DNA of 64,000 nucleotides from NCBI GenBank assembly GCA_951406725.2, contig OX597833.1, positions 73,160,001 through 73,224,000 on the forward strand, read 5' to 3'. The DNA comes from Octopus vulgaris (Eukaryota). A model generated the notes under the pieces. That model made no database searches. It was not told the origin of the DNA and was given only the letters and a program-made list of their open reading frames with translations. Each line of letters begins with the position of its first letter. The stretch's first letter is position 1. Position numbers and translations under genes: made by a program. Below, piece by piece: positions 25,250 through 39,013 of this stretch.

Positions 25250-26650
25250 ATGGCTTCTTCTTCTTCTCCTTCTTTTTACGTTGCCATGAAGTGGATTCTA
25301 CAAGACTAATTTGGATGCTTCCAGTGTAGGATGATGCATGCAGTGACCAGATAGTCACAGCCATCTTTGTTTGATCTTTTCACTAACTTTTGGCAGGTCT
25401 CCTTAAAGGCATTCGTTTGTTCTATGTTGCTGCCATTTTACATTTAGGGCCATTCGTAGCATCCTTGTGTAGCAGCCATTTTATCCTGTTTGATAATTTC
25501 TTGTCAACATCCATGTTTCTCTGCTACATTATAGCACGGATTCAACAGTTGCAACGAACAGATTGATTTTGATTTGCATGGACAACTCAGAGTTTCTGAA
25601 CTGCTCACCGAACTACCAAAGTGCTTGAAGTCTTCAGCAACATTCAGTATGGAACTGCTCGAAGCAAGCAGTTCAGCTTCACTTGATTGGTTGAGAGACA
25701 TGTGTTTTGTTTTCTTGACATTTGATGTGCAGTCCAGGTTTAGCAGCTTTTGTGTTTGATCCATTTCCTTAGACATGAAGTGCTGCATCATCTGTGAAGT
25801 CCAGGTCAGGGATGGTTGCTGCTGCTCTCTGCAATCTTTATCAGTCTAGGGTGAGACCAAGGTCTTTGTCACTGTTGTCTATAAGCCTAACACATTGCGT
25901 AATCCAATACTATTGCAAACAGGTATGGTGCAAGTGTATCTCCTTGTAGCTCCTCAGCTGGTATTTGAAACAATTCTGTTTCTCCACACAAGCTCTGCAC
26001 TTCTCATAGGTCTTTGCAATAACAAAAACTAGTTCTTTTGGAATGCCATATTCTCAAAGAATCTTCAACATTTTGTAACGATGGATGCTATCAAATGCTT
26101 TGCTGAGATCCACAAAGGTTATAACAGCATGTAGCTGTCTTGATATAACTCCTTCTCTGATAAACCTCAGGGCTAAAATATGAGGTGTTGGGGACCTCCT
26201 CAGTCTAAATCCATTTTGATTTCATTTCACTCTTGGCACTCTGATGTTCTTACAAATCAAAGGTCCACTTTTATATGTGAACTCATTGAAAGCAGGTTGA
26301 ATCTTGTCAACTTCATTGCTTACAAGGAGAGACTTTTTGAGCAATTGACTGAAATGTCGATTCTGCTTTTGGACACCCTCCTCCCTGCTGTTTCCATGGA
26401 CACTGCCCATCTTTGTTGCTTTCCTTCTGCTTATCTCATTCATCTATTTCCAGCTTCCCCTGTGCATTGAATTCGCATCTGCTGCCTCCACTTGCTCCTC
26501 GATCATGCAGTCCAATCGTTCTTCCTCAATGGTGTCGTGGCTTTGGCAGCTGGGAATTCCAGCCTCTGTTCTCCATTTGGCTTCTCTTGGTAACAGTTAA
26601 AGGCTCTTTGCACATTCTTCCTGGCTATAATAATTCTTGGTTCAGCTGAT
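25250..26650 (-). mobile_element. Degenerate RTE/RTE-X-like LINE RT fragment
   Basis: Minus-strand remnants of 'KAFDSIHR.KM.KIL..YGIP' and 'QGDTLAPYLFAIV'; (GAA)n-like tail near 25255. Confidence 0.7.
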
Positions 26651-27711
26651 GCTCTGCTGTACAATTATGTAACAGGGATAAGTATGACACACATACAATG
26701 TATGCACACACACACACATAGCATAAAACAAAATGCATAGAACACTTAACCAACCACTGATATTTTGATAAATTTTCATCCAAATACGCCTGGAGTTATG
26801 TCCCCCTGATCACTTCTGTCCCTCTGAATCAAATGATCTCAAGTTATCCTCATAATCTTATTTGGGACTGATGAGAGAGCCATAAGCATTAAATAATTGC
26901 CTGCAAATATGGATTTTGAAATCTCAGGTACCCTTAACAGTGTCAGTAGACTATATTATCAATAACATTCAGCTCTATTGACTATATAGAGTGCTATTCT
27001 TTCACTTCTAACTTTCAGCAGAGAACTTTGATAATACCTTATATAAAAGTATGTATGTGTGTGTGTCTGCGTATAAGATGGTAACAATAGAATCAGAATC
27101 CATAGTGTGTCAAATTATAAACCTTCCATTATCTTGTTAAAGCCATTTATGTTGTAAGTTTAAAATTAGTGCAGGTCAAATTTGCCTTTTATTCTTCCGA
27201 GGCGTGAGAAATCTGTTCAATCTATTGGAATTACTGAAGTCTGTATGAATGCATGTGAGGGTCTGTGTATAGAGACACACATGTCTGTACACATGTATGT
27301 ATGTATATATATGCGCACATCAAATATGAAAAGAATAATGTGAAATTATTTATGGGGTCCTTCCACCTGTTTGTGTGACCATTGCAAGGCAGATTATGTA
27401 AGCATTTCTTTACATAATCCTCACCATTCTCCTCATCAGAAGTGCTTTATGAAATAGCAAAACATACGTAAAGTGGCTTTAAAAAAGAAATGATTTCATA
27501 TTACACTCTCCAAACTTAGTTTTTGTAGGTTTACTCTGTAGGCTTTTCTTAACTGAGATGACCCCAAACAAGAAAGATTGCCAAATGCATAAGGATTCTC
27601 ATTGTAGACTCTTTCAGAATATTTAAAAAAATGAACAGATGGAGTTTTAAAATACTAGAATCTACTCGTGCACTTTAGAAACATAAGTACATACATACAT
27701 GTGTGTGTGCG

Positions 27712-27750
<39 letters not shown>

Positions 27751-28390
27751 CAGAGAGAGAGAGAGATGCAAATAAGCAAATAAAACCATTTGAGTTAGAT
27801 ATATAAAATATGCATCTATACATGTTAATAGAGAGAAAGCAAAGACTGAAGATGTTCAGTCAATGAATATTCATGTATAAATATAGAGAGAAGTTTATAT
27901 ATTAACAGAGCAAACTTACACACACTGAACACAAAGACACGGAAATTTAAGAGAAGGTATGGCGTTACAGATCTTGACAGCTGTTTCAGGGGGCTCAAAA
28001 TTACATAACAATGTTGGCAGATGGAGTTCACAAAATGTCAATATGCAACCAGTTGTGGATGCATATAAACATTACAGTAAACCCGTCTTCCATCTTCAGG
28101 ATGGAGAAATTGGTTTTTATTCTTGACTTTGTGCTGTGTAAGTCAGCTCTGTTAATATATATTTATACAAGAAGGTTCATCTCAATATTTCCAGTCTTTG
28201 CTTTCTCTCTGTTTACCTGTATGTTTTATATCTCTAGTCCAAACAGGTTTATTTGGCTTATTTGCACAATTATCTTTGTATCTGCTCACTTTGATTCCCC
28301 TTACAGCCATTCTTTACCCCAACAGACTTCAGGTTCAAATCATTTGAGCATTATTGTTTTCTATATTGAGCATCTCTGGTTCTCATCTGT

Positions 28391-28393
<3 letters not shown>

Positions 28394-28450
<57 letters not shown>

Positions 28451-28478
28451 TCTCTCTCTTTTGTGTGTGTGTGTGTGT
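28394..28478. repeat. (CT)n(GT)n microsatellite
   Basis: Directly visible. Confidence 0.9.
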
Positions 28479-29402
28479 ACACAAAGTGCAGGAAGTATTT
28501 GAAGACATATTTGGAAATTTAATAAAACAACTAATCTAGCAAAACCAAATTATTTTAATATCAATTTGTGTGCATGGTTTCAGTAAGCTTTCTTCTAGGA
28601 TTATTCCATGAATCTGCCTCCTGCTTTGATGACTGCTCCAGTCTGGGATCAGAATCATTGACCGTCACCAAATGGTCCATATTCGATTCAGATATCACCT
28701 GGACAATGGCAGCCTTCAGTGAAGCTGTGATGTTGTGAGGACATCGATTCGTCTCTCTTTCAACAATGTCCCATAAATAATGGTTCATAGGATTTAATAA
28801 CTGCCTACAAGACCTCAACATATCAAGCAGCATTAATTTGAGTATTCTGTGTAACAATATGAGGTGCTACAGCATGACCTTTGTTACTCACCACTTCTAA
28901 AGTCACCATGGTTACTGGCAACTTAGTGTGAATCTCTCTGGAGACATCAGAAGCCTGTGCACAGAACCGTTTCTCATTTCTCCTCTTAGACTTTTGGTCT
29001 GAGTCAAAGTTTTTCTCATCCAACCAAAGTATGTCTTGTTCATGGAGCTTATTAAACTTGTTAAGTAACCACTTGGAAATCAGGCAGTTTTCCTGAGTCT
29101 GTAGACATGAATTGGCCTTTCCTCGGTGCATACAACTTGGATGGAATATCCTTGTACACCACAGTTCTGAGCTTACCAATTCCATCCAAAGTTTATGAAC
29201 AAAAGTTCTTACAACATTTAGAAAGCTGGTAATTTCTAAATTTCTGTGTTCCACAAATATGGCAACAATGTCTCTTCATTTCTTGTGTTAGCATTTTGTC
29301 TTTCACAGCGGATCCGAAAGAAATAAAAAATCTTTTAATTGGCTTCAAGAGAGTAATGTACTGATTAGTGAAGTGTCCTCATACCCATCACACTCTGTAT
29401 AC
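28478..29402 (-). mobile_element. Tc1/mariner-superfamily (maT/DD37D-like) transposon relic
   Basis: ORF remnants DEKNF..DQK..RRNE, LEVVSNKGH and LNPMNHYLWDIVERETNRCPHN..SLKAAI; degenerate inverted termini. Confidence 0.75.
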
Positions 29403-30629
29403 ATAAGCAGGGTATGTGTGTGTGTGTTTACAGAATGTAATAACTGCTATATCATGGTATCTTGCTAATATTCAAGAATTTGGAGACAGCAATTTTCAAT
29501 GAACTTTCATAGTAACAAGATCTCCAAGAGCTGTGAAAGTCTACTGGAAAACAGTGAAGCTAAACACCTTAACCTCAACACGTAACCAAGCCACAGGTGA
29601 AACCTATGTAGAGCTACTCTGTGATTGTATTGAACCATTTGATGTGTTATATGTGAAAAAAATAAAATAGCATTTAACCATATTGTCCTACTAATATATT
29701 CTCATCATTGAACGTCTATTTTCCATGCTGGCCTGGGTTGGATGGTTGACAGGATCTAGTAAAGTGTAAGGGCCATGTCAAGCTTCAGTGTCAGCTTTGG
29801 TTTGCTTTCGATGACTATGGCCCTTCCTAATGCCAACTGCTTTACAGTGCTTACTGAGTGCTTTTTTTTTGTGCCACCAGCACTAGTGAGGTTGCTGTGT
29901 AACCTGCAAGACAGGAAAAGAAGAGTAGGGAAGGTGGAGGTGGGTGGATTTATGCCAGATACAGGTCCCTTACCTGGAGGAGATACATGGTTGAAAGAGA
30001 TGGGAAGAAGAAGGTAGTGGTAGAGAGCAAGAAAGTGAGCATAAGAGAGGATGAAGGAGAAAGTAAGAGGAGAGCAACCTGATTAAACATTGGGGAGGAT
30101 AGAGGTAAATATAGTGAGTGATAAACAACGATGGTGGTGTGGTTGAAGGGAAGTATTAGTATGGAGAGGGCGAGGGTGAGAGAGATATGATTGGATCAAG
30201 AAGGAGAATAAGACAGAAACTAGGGGGCAGGAGCAGTGGAGAGAAATATTTAGAGGTATATAAGAGACTATATTAAAAGGGCAAGATGATAGACATGAGA
30301 GGGTATTGAGAACAATAGGAGATAAGAGAGGTGTTAAGAAGGGAGAGAGCAGTGGTTCAAGGCACAGCTGGTGAGTAGATATATATATGTGTGTGTGTGT
30401 ATAAATATAGTAAAACTGAAGCTGAGTTTGTCTCACAACTTGAGTTTCACATCAATGCAATCAGATGATCTCTCACTAGCCTGAAGCTCAAGTTGCAAGA
30501 CAATCTTTCAGTTTCAATTAAAAAAAAAACAAAAGACAATATCCTCTACAACATTTATTGAGAAACTCCTTTCTCGTTTGTTCAAAACATTTATTGAGAA
30601 ACCCCTTTCTCATTTGTTTAACATTAATA

Positions 30630-31770
30630 TATATCGACTGAAAAGTCTGTAGGCTGACCCAGTTACTCTCATGAAATGTGATCAAATGAGGTTTATGTTT
30701 TTCAACATAGTCCCCCTTGTGGTCCACATTCTTCGTCCATTGTTGAAGAATCTTTCATCCTGTTAGTCAAAAAAAAGTCATCAGCAACAGATATGACATC
30801 ATCACCACTGCTATACTGGTCCCTGACCAAATATTTTTTTCTTATTGGGCTACAGATGACTGTTAGATGGGGCCAGAGAGTAATCAACCAGTTCCAAACT
30901 GCAGCAAGGCACAGCAGCCTGGTGTTCTAGAGCATTGTTCTGACGAAACAAGACTTCTTTAATAAATTTTCCTGGGCGTTAGGTTTTGATAGCCCCTCAT
31001 ACTCTTCACTGATGTTGTGGTCCTTTTGACGATAGTTAATAAACACAATGTCCTTTGCATCCCCCAAAACTGAGGCCGTCATCTTCGCTGCAGATGAAAC
31101 GACCTTGGCCTTCTTTAAAGCTGGTGAGGAGGGTTTGCTTCTGCATGGATTGCCTCTTTGTTTCTAACTCATCCTGGATTAGGAAACATTCAAAGAAACC
31201 AACTGGATTTGCCTCAAACAATGTCAGACATTCCTGTCATGTGATTACCTTCCTAGCAGAAACCTTTGTCATGCCAACTTCATTCTGCTGAATGTTCTTG
31301 ACTCTCCCATCGGATATGCTAACGGCTTTCATTATTTGATTCATAGTCAATCACCGTGTGGTGAACTTAATGTTTTCGTCAGTGGTGGCAGCTGCAGGAC
31401 ATCCAAACCTTGGGTCATCTTCAAGACTCTCCCTTCCCCTCCTAAATTCAGCTGCCCACTTCTGCCCTGTTGACGAAGCTGGGGCAATCATCCCCTAATG
31501 TAGCAACCATATCAGCATGAATGTCCTTGGAGGTTAAACCCTTTTTCTGCTGGGACTTGATAATACCACATGCCAAGTTTTGTCAATCTTCAAGAGAAGC
31601 CACTACTATTTACTTTTGAAGTCTTCTTTGAACAGTCAGATGTCTGTTTACCTGGAAAGAAACAATGAAGTTATTAATAAGATGAGTTGAAATGAATGTG
31701 TGCAAGATTACAACAGCTTTGGCAACACCCCTTCATGGTCATCCTATGAACTTTGCACCCTACTTTCGTG
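30630..31770 (-). mobile_element. mariner transposon relic
   Basis: C-terminal 'DHKGDYVEK*' motif typical of mariner transposases; remnants of 'ETKRQSMQ'; degenerate TIRs (AAAGTCTGTAGGCTGACC / GGTCATCCTATGAACTTT). Confidence 0.8.
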
Positions 31771-32447
31771 TGTGTGTGTGTAAATAAAGCAATTAAGGAT
31801 ATGAAGACAGGAAAAGTCTCTAACCCATAAGGAATCACAAAAATAACTGGCAGAGAGTCATATGGCCTGGTTACCTGTTGATCAGGAAGGAGTCATACCT
31901 AATGACTTAGCAAAACAGCATTATAGTCAACTGCTGCAAAGGCAAAGGTGATTCCTCAGTAATTACAAAGATATCAAACTGCAGGACCAGATCATGAAAG
32001 TTACAGAAAGAGAGAGTTAACTGAGATGAAATGCAATTTGCTTTTGTGCCAAGGAGAAGCACTGCTTATGTTATCTTCCTTGTAAAGTAACTACAGGAGT
32101 ATTTAGCAAAAAACAAGCCACTATATTTGGTATTTGTTAACATGGAGGAAGCCTTTAACAAGGTCCCTCATCTGCGGATCAATGCAGAAACTAGGTGTAG
32201 AGGAGTCAGTGAAAACTGTACAAATCATGTGATGCTGATAGTAAGGTGAAAGATGGCAATGAATTTAGTGCACGGGTGGGAGTTCACCAAAGATCAGTTC
32301 CCTTGTTTATCATAGCCTTCCAGCCTATGATAAAATTTAAAACCGGTTGCCCATGGGAGCTTCTGTATGCTGTTGCCCTTGTTCTTATAATTGAATCTAT
32401 AGCAGAATTAGATAAGAAACTTCAGATATGGAATCAGAGGACCTTAA

Positions 32448-33524
32448 CCCTTTCGTTACCAAACCGCCCAAAGCCGCCCGAACAAAATTTTGGTTTATGA
32501 AACCAAAGCCGCCCGAATTTACCTATTCATATTTAAATGAGAATATCAGAGCAAATCTCTTCAGTACATTCGTGAAAACACGTATTATACTTCGTAAACA
32601 GTTCAACTACAGTTTTGTACAATAATCGAAGTGTAATTTTAATTCCGTGAATTTTGGGAGATTTTTTTCCGAAATTTGTTCCTATTGTGTTTTCAAAATT
32701 TGTAATTCTGACAAAAAATGGATACGAATTTCATTATATCAAGCAGCGAGTCAGAATTCGAAAGATTTTCTACTGAAGACCTTCATAAATCTAACTCTAT
32801 GACTGAAAAAAAAAAGCATGTGGTATTTGATAATGAATCTGATGTTTCATTTTCCGAAAGTGAAAACAGTGAATCCGAGAGCTCCGACAGCGATAAAGAA
32901 AACGAATTGGCACCTGAATGGAGTGAAAATTTAAAAACTGTTTCTTTCGGTGATTTCTCTGAAGAAACTGGACCAAGCCACAGACTTTCCCAGAAGAGTA
33001 AAGCCTTAGACTATTTCTTTTTACTTTTTCGAATGAGCCTATTTGAAATCATTACGGCGGAAACGAACCGTTACGCTAAACGTAAACAAAACGAAAGAAA
33101 GGATAGTTTGTGGTTTCCCTCAACCTTAAATGAAATTAAGACTATTTTGCCGTAAATATTATTATGGGTATCAGAAAGTTACCCAGAATAACAAATTCTA
33201 TCGTAAAATTTTGTTATATACCCAATTGAATATTAGCTAATAACCCATTTTCTATAGCGATGTTTGAACAAAATTTTAATAATTTTATATTTTGTGGAAT
33301 TTACCTGTATCTATCTGCAATTAGAGTCACTTTGTAACAAAAATTATAGTATAGAATTGGTTGAGAATATTTCATTAAATTATCTTCCAAAAATCAGATT
33401 GATATATCGATAAATAAAAAAGTTATAGTTGTTTAATGAAACCAGACTAAATTTATGATTACGTTAGAAATTAATTGAAACACATAAGGGGTGTAATTTG
33501 GTCAGAAATATAGTAACGAAAGGG
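32448..33524 (+). mobile_element. piggyBac internal-deletion derivative (1077 bp)
   Basis: TTAA duplication at 32444-32447 and 33525-33528; perfect 12-bp TIRs CCCTTTCGTTAC / GTAACGAAAGGG. Confidence 0.95.
32718..33155 (+). pseudogene. Truncated piggyBac transposase N-terminus
   Basis: Acidic Ser-rich N-terminus, then ALDYFFLLF..SLFEIITAETNRYA...W...TLNEIK; frameshifted continuation IMGIRKLP; the catalytic DDD domain is absent. Confidence 0.85.
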
Positions 33525-34269
33525 TTAAACTTAATTTAGCAAAGACCAAAGTACTAGTGGACAGCCCTTCAGGAAAATAGCCTAGTTCAATATTTAGAAA
33601 AGATGTTGGTAGAGATTCCATATGGTGTCCCCAGTGCAAGCCCTGAACACAAGAGGTGCAGTGGAATAACAGGAAGGTTAATAGAGAAAGTAGTTTTTAT
33701 GTGTGCAGATGTGAAGGCACAATAAACACTAAGAATGTACAAGAAATAAACTTCCTCAAATGCCCAGCAGGGTCCTTAGAAGTTAGGGTTTAGCAATGAT
33801 GGGGGATCTCTAGAAGTGTAGTTACTAGAATAAGAACTGGCCGGGAAAAAGTTCCAAGGCCCTTCATTACTTTTGTTGGTAACAAAGGGCCTCTCACTTA
33901 GAATGAAAGACAGATTGTGTGCACTGGTATGGTCATGTGATAAGGACAGCTACATCAACAAGTATCAATCTCTTACTCTGGGGGGAAACCTGTGAGAGAG
34001 GACGATGTAAGATGTAGTGGTGGGAGATGATCTCTAGATGTTGACTGTCACTGAGAAATGGCAAAGAACTGAGACATCTGGAGATTTGCTGTACTTGAGA
34101 AGACATGCCCAGCTAAGTAAAACTGAAGTCATATAGGCACGTCCTTCATGTCCATACCCCCCTGCACACACAGCATCTACTCCAACTCCAACCCCAGTAA
34201 AAAATTATGCTTTAATTCCCAGTTGGCACAATGTCACCTCCCTCAATACTATTCCGTGTCACAGTTGTC

Positions 34270-35790
34270 AATACAATGAGAAATCTCAAATTCAAGAAAT
34301 ACCCAAGAAAACATAGTGAACACCAAAAAAGCTCAATGAATTAGTCAAGACCTTCTGGAACGCAATGGAATATTGGTAGCTGTAGACAAAACTGGTAACC
34401 TGTACGGTGATAACTTAGCTATTACATAGCAAATACAAGCACGCGTCATACAATACATGAAATAATATAAATAAGAAGCGGCTTGAAATAGTTAAGAAAC
34501 TGGGTATACAAGATAGGAGTAGACCCGAGACACCCGGAATAATCCTAAAATACTATAACATAAACTTCCAGGATAACCCATCACTGAGACTAATATGGTC
34601 AGCCAAATCTGATATAGATAGAATTAGCAAAGAAATAATGAACAGAATAATGCCAAAACTCAAACTCAGACTGTGATCCAACAGCACTGAAGTTATCCCA
34701 AACAAAATCAAGACCAAATGTGGATCAGACCATTATCCATCCATAAACCCAGTTGTACTAAACAAGGCACTATTATTCACGAAAGCTAATTCTGACCTCA
34801 CCAGAGACAAAATTGAAATAACTTTAGCGGCTTGGAGCATTATAGTAGAGTACGGAGTGGCATCTAATGATTCAGCACAGTTAACGAATTGGAATATACT
34901 AATTATCACAAATAGAATCTGCATTCCCGAACTTGTGGGGCGGGGGGGGGTTATATAGAGACATTGCATTATTTACAGTGCACAGATGTAGAAATGTAGA
35001 AATGGAAAGATATAAGGAAAAATTCTTGAAAAACTTCAGATGGAAAAAGAAATAGAAAAATATGACAGAGTTGTTAAATTCGTGGATGTAAAGCTTAACC
35101 TCAGACTCTTTCATATGCAAAATAAAAACTTAGAATATGTGAATCACAAATCTGACCGTCTGGAACCCATACTGCAAAGCATACCAAGATGTGTGTCTAA
35201 CGGAATATCCAAACTATCCATGGATGAACAACTGTTCTACTTACACACCAAACATTACAACTCAGCACTAGCAGAGTATAAAGCAGGAATGGTATCTATG
35301 TAGGGAATAGGATAAAGAAGGTTCAATACCCAGAGAGTGTTAATCCTATAAATAACCACTGAATATCAGACCCTAAAAAAACAGTAAACGTAATTAGGGA
35401 TCAAAATGGAAAAACAGACACAACAATAGGAAGGGCAAACATCAAACAGAACCCAGGAAGCAGCGGTTAAGGGTAGCAATGAAGGGGCCGATAGTCATCG
35501 TAAACGTAAAGTAGAAACAGATAAAATGAAATCTAGTTACAAAGCCAAAAGGTCCATTAAAAGAAATGGTAAAATAATGGATGACGAAATTATCTGCTTT
35601 AACCCAATTTTCAGTTCCCAAATAAAATCCAAAATAAGGTCAGGAATTCTTCTAAGCATTAGATAAGCACTTCTTTAAATCAAGCAAATATTACAAAATC
35701 ACCAACAGACATAATATGAAATTAGCATATGCAGCATTGAAGAATCTAGAATACTATATACACAAATTCAATAACCTAAAACCCAATACA
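34270..35790 (+). mobile_element. Penelope-like element RT relic
   Basis: Remnants VDKTGNLY, NPSLRLI, KSDIDRISK, YPSINP, FVDVKLNL, YVNHKSD..., FNPIFS and LDKHF, typical of marine-invertebrate PLE reverse transcriptases. Confidence 0.75.
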
Positions 35791-35945
35791 TCAAAACTAG
35801 AGGAGGCTTATGGCAAATCTTTTTCAACTTCAGCAATCTACATTTCCTTCATCAGAAAATATGCACGGATTCAGAATTTTAAATAAAATCATAAAATTAG
35901 TAATAATAAATCTCTGAACGAGATATAAACAGTAACTGCACGACA

Positions 35946-36361
35946 ATGTGAGGTATACTTGCCATCTCAATATGGCTAACCACTAAGGGTGGGTGTTACT
36001 GTAGCTTGTAGCCCCAGGGGAACATCGTCTCCAGCTGGCTTTAGGCACACTTTCTGTGCCCTTATGGTATTTGCAAAGATAGGTCACCCTTCCCTCGTCA
36101 ACCTAAATATTTGCATTGGGACCCCCTTTCATCGAAAACTGGTGATTGTCGTACGCTGAAAACAGGTCAATACCTAGAAACTGCAGTCCGTGCGTATCAC
36201 TTAGGTTGACGCGGGAAGGGTGACCTCCCTTCGCAAATACCATAAGGGCACAGAAAGTGTGTCTATAGCCAGCAGGAGACGATGTTCTCCTGGGGCTACA
36301 AGCTACAGTAACACCCACCCTTAGTGGTTAGCCATATTGAGATGGCAAGTATACCTCACAT
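35946..36361. mobile_element. Foldback/MITE-like element with 161-bp inverted arms
   Basis: 35946-36106 is the reverse complement of 36201-36361 with 8 mismatches by manual count; 94-bp spacer. Confidence 0.9.
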
Positions 36362-36689
36362 AAAATTAGTCATGATATTGTAAGAATATTTTGAAGCTGT
36401 TGTAATTATATACAAGTATAACATTTTCATAAATTCCGGGATTTCAGGTGATTTGAACGAACGTTCTTTATTGCCCACAGGGAGCTAAACATAGAGAGGA
36501 CAATACAAATGAGGGCGGGGGTCGATATACCCAATGGTTTTACACATAAAGATGACTAGTAGCTAAAAAGAAATTGATTTAAACGAATGATAGACAAACC
36601 AGTTACAAAACAATGATGTGGGTGACAGGTTCTGCCTTGAGCGCGCAAGCCCCGTGCCACCACTGCAACCTTTTGATGTCCTTATGGAT

Positions 36690-38135
36690 ACACTACGCGA
36701 GCTCATTCATTCTCATCGTGTTCGCCTCAGCTTTCCACCTTTTCCTATATATATCAGGCGAAAGGCATTTTCTCTCCAACCTTATTTTCCCCCTAAGGGT
36801 TAAGGATAGGGTTAGAACCTCTTTCGCTATAGAAACTACAGCAATAAAACAAATCTTACCTTCCTTTTTAAAAGAGGTAGGAGAAACCATCTTTAAAATC
36901 GACTCGAAGGACCGTTGTACTCTTCCCCGCCGTGACAGCGTTGTTCAGCGTAATCCCACATTTCTGAAATTTCCGGGCATTGCACAATCGCGCGCAAAAC
37001 GGTTTCCCCTGTCCTGCTCGCGTCTTGGGCACATGGGTGGACAAGAAGCAGCATGCCTTGTGAGTATATATGGTAAGGCTCCTCGGTAACATTGCCAAGC
37101 CAGAGATCCTTGAAAGTTATCCAAGGATCCTGGCCCGAATGTCCTTCGGAACAGTCCAGCCAGTTGACTATCGTCGAAGCCCAGAGTGTCTCCCCAGGTC
37201 GTCGTCACACTTAGCCTTTACCAAACCTCTGTAGAATGACGTTACCCGTGCGAGAGTGCCTTAGGGCACTCTCGCTTCTCGATCTCCCAACTTTGGTCTG
37301 AACTTGATCCAAGGTTCTAGTTCACTAAAAAACTAGTAAACCTATGAAGTAACGATTTAACGAACGAAGATTACACCTGTTCATCATCCAGGTAGAGTCA
37401 CTGATACCTCAGGCTCTGCGCATGTCCGTGCAGCAGCAGACAGAACACTTTAGAAGAGGAACGCAACCCTTCCACAAGAGGCGAAAGAACAGACGCTCCA
37501 ACTTGTTTATCCACGAAAGGGGACAAGGCACGACGGTTAGGCGGTTGGTAATCACATTTGCGACCTTCGCCATCCCTTTCAGAGATAGCCACCGCTCAGA
37601 TTATGTCCGAGTTAGGTGGGCCACCCTGCTCGTCACCTCGCCCCAATTCTTCTCTATCTGGAGGTCTGGGCCAAACGAAACCCCTTGCATTTTAACCGGA
37701 CCCTCCGTCCAACGTTCTACGAGTTACAATCCGACCGACTTATCCCGGCTAACTTTTGCTCCTGACATCGCCTCGTAGTCTTTAATGGCGTCACCTACCC
37801 TCTGTAGGTGTTCCACCTCGGACGCGATGTCGCCCTCATACGCCGTAATCGTTTTTCCACAACCAAGATCACGCGGGACGTCCCTCATGCCCTCCAACCT
37901 CCGCAGTAAAGGCTCCAGTGCCAATGCACACAGAAGGCGGTGGAAACGGGACACCCTTGCCGAACCGAGCGCTTGATGCTGAATGATTTCAAGAAGAAAC
38001 AATTAACCCGAACGATCGAATCGCTGTTGCTATACAAAGCAACGATCCACCCGCGCAAGACCGACCCAAACCCGATACCAGATACCGATGGTCAACCCTC
38101 TCAAAAGTTTTAGACTGGTCTAAATGTACCAGAAC
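36690..38135 (-). mobile_element. Tx1/L1-clade LINE relic
   Basis: LDQSKTFERVDHRYL, LCALALEPLLRRL, AYEGDI (degenerate YADD) and YEAMSGAKVSRDKSVGL. Confidence 0.8.
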
Positions 38136-39013
38136 TCCACCATTGCCAGGAATCCTATTAACCCACTCTAAGGTATAAATTGATTTAATCTTTCGGTTAA
38201 AATTAAAGTCCACTGTAATGGCTTCATGTAGGCATGGCGGGGATTCGATCCTCGATCGCCAAATTTCATTTAACAGAACTTTTCTCACGATAAAACATAA
38301 GTTTTTCCGTGGGTGATAGCAGTTACATTTGCCAGATGCCTTCGCTAAGCTGAATAATGACTTTGCCATTTGACCCTTCTAACTTCTTCGAGGCCATGAA
38401 AAGCGAGAATAGAGATAGCAGACCCGCCAACGAAATCTATTGTTCTCAACAATATGTCTCTCCTTCTGGCTGGTTTTGCATAGTTATAAATACTAGAAGA
38501 CCAACTAGAGTCAGGGCCACAAGCAGGCAGCCACAAAAGACAAAAGACAAAAGTGGGAGAAAGAAGGTTACAATCAACCAACTACGAGAAACAACGTCCC
38601 TCGACTCTTCTAAGTTTCACCAGCTCACTTTCTTTTCTCTTACATCATTCTATCACGATCTATGGTTTACTACTACGAGAACGAATACACACCTGCCGCA
38701 TGCTTTCCCATTTACTAATTATACATACCAACCCGTCGTGGTCTTGGATATATACAAAGTAATGGTAAATAAATATTTCTTTACAACTTCGATCACAGTT
38801 CTTCTTTCATCTGCAACAGTACCACCCGTTACAATCGCTAACGACCAACTCCAACATATATCATATACACAACCGTTACAACATATGCCGTTACTCTCGT
38901 ACATTTGGAACATAGAAGTCATCAAAATACTTAGCAAGAAAGAAAGTTGTAGTACTACTCCATCATGCATAAGGGATGTATTCAACTAAATCGAATGGAT
39001 TTGGTTTAGCGGT

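Larger units (their letters stand above)
31790..34110 (+). mobile_element. RTE LINE RT fragment interrupted by a piggyBac element
   Basis: VGVHQRS...KTGCPWELLYA (degenerate YADD); collinear with 54380-55830 on both sides of the insertion. Confidence 0.85.

Noticed and set aside
38357-38989. 210-aa ORF immediately upstream of the LTR element
   Set aside because: No recognisable domain or splice structure; probably decayed TE sequence into which the LTR element inserted.
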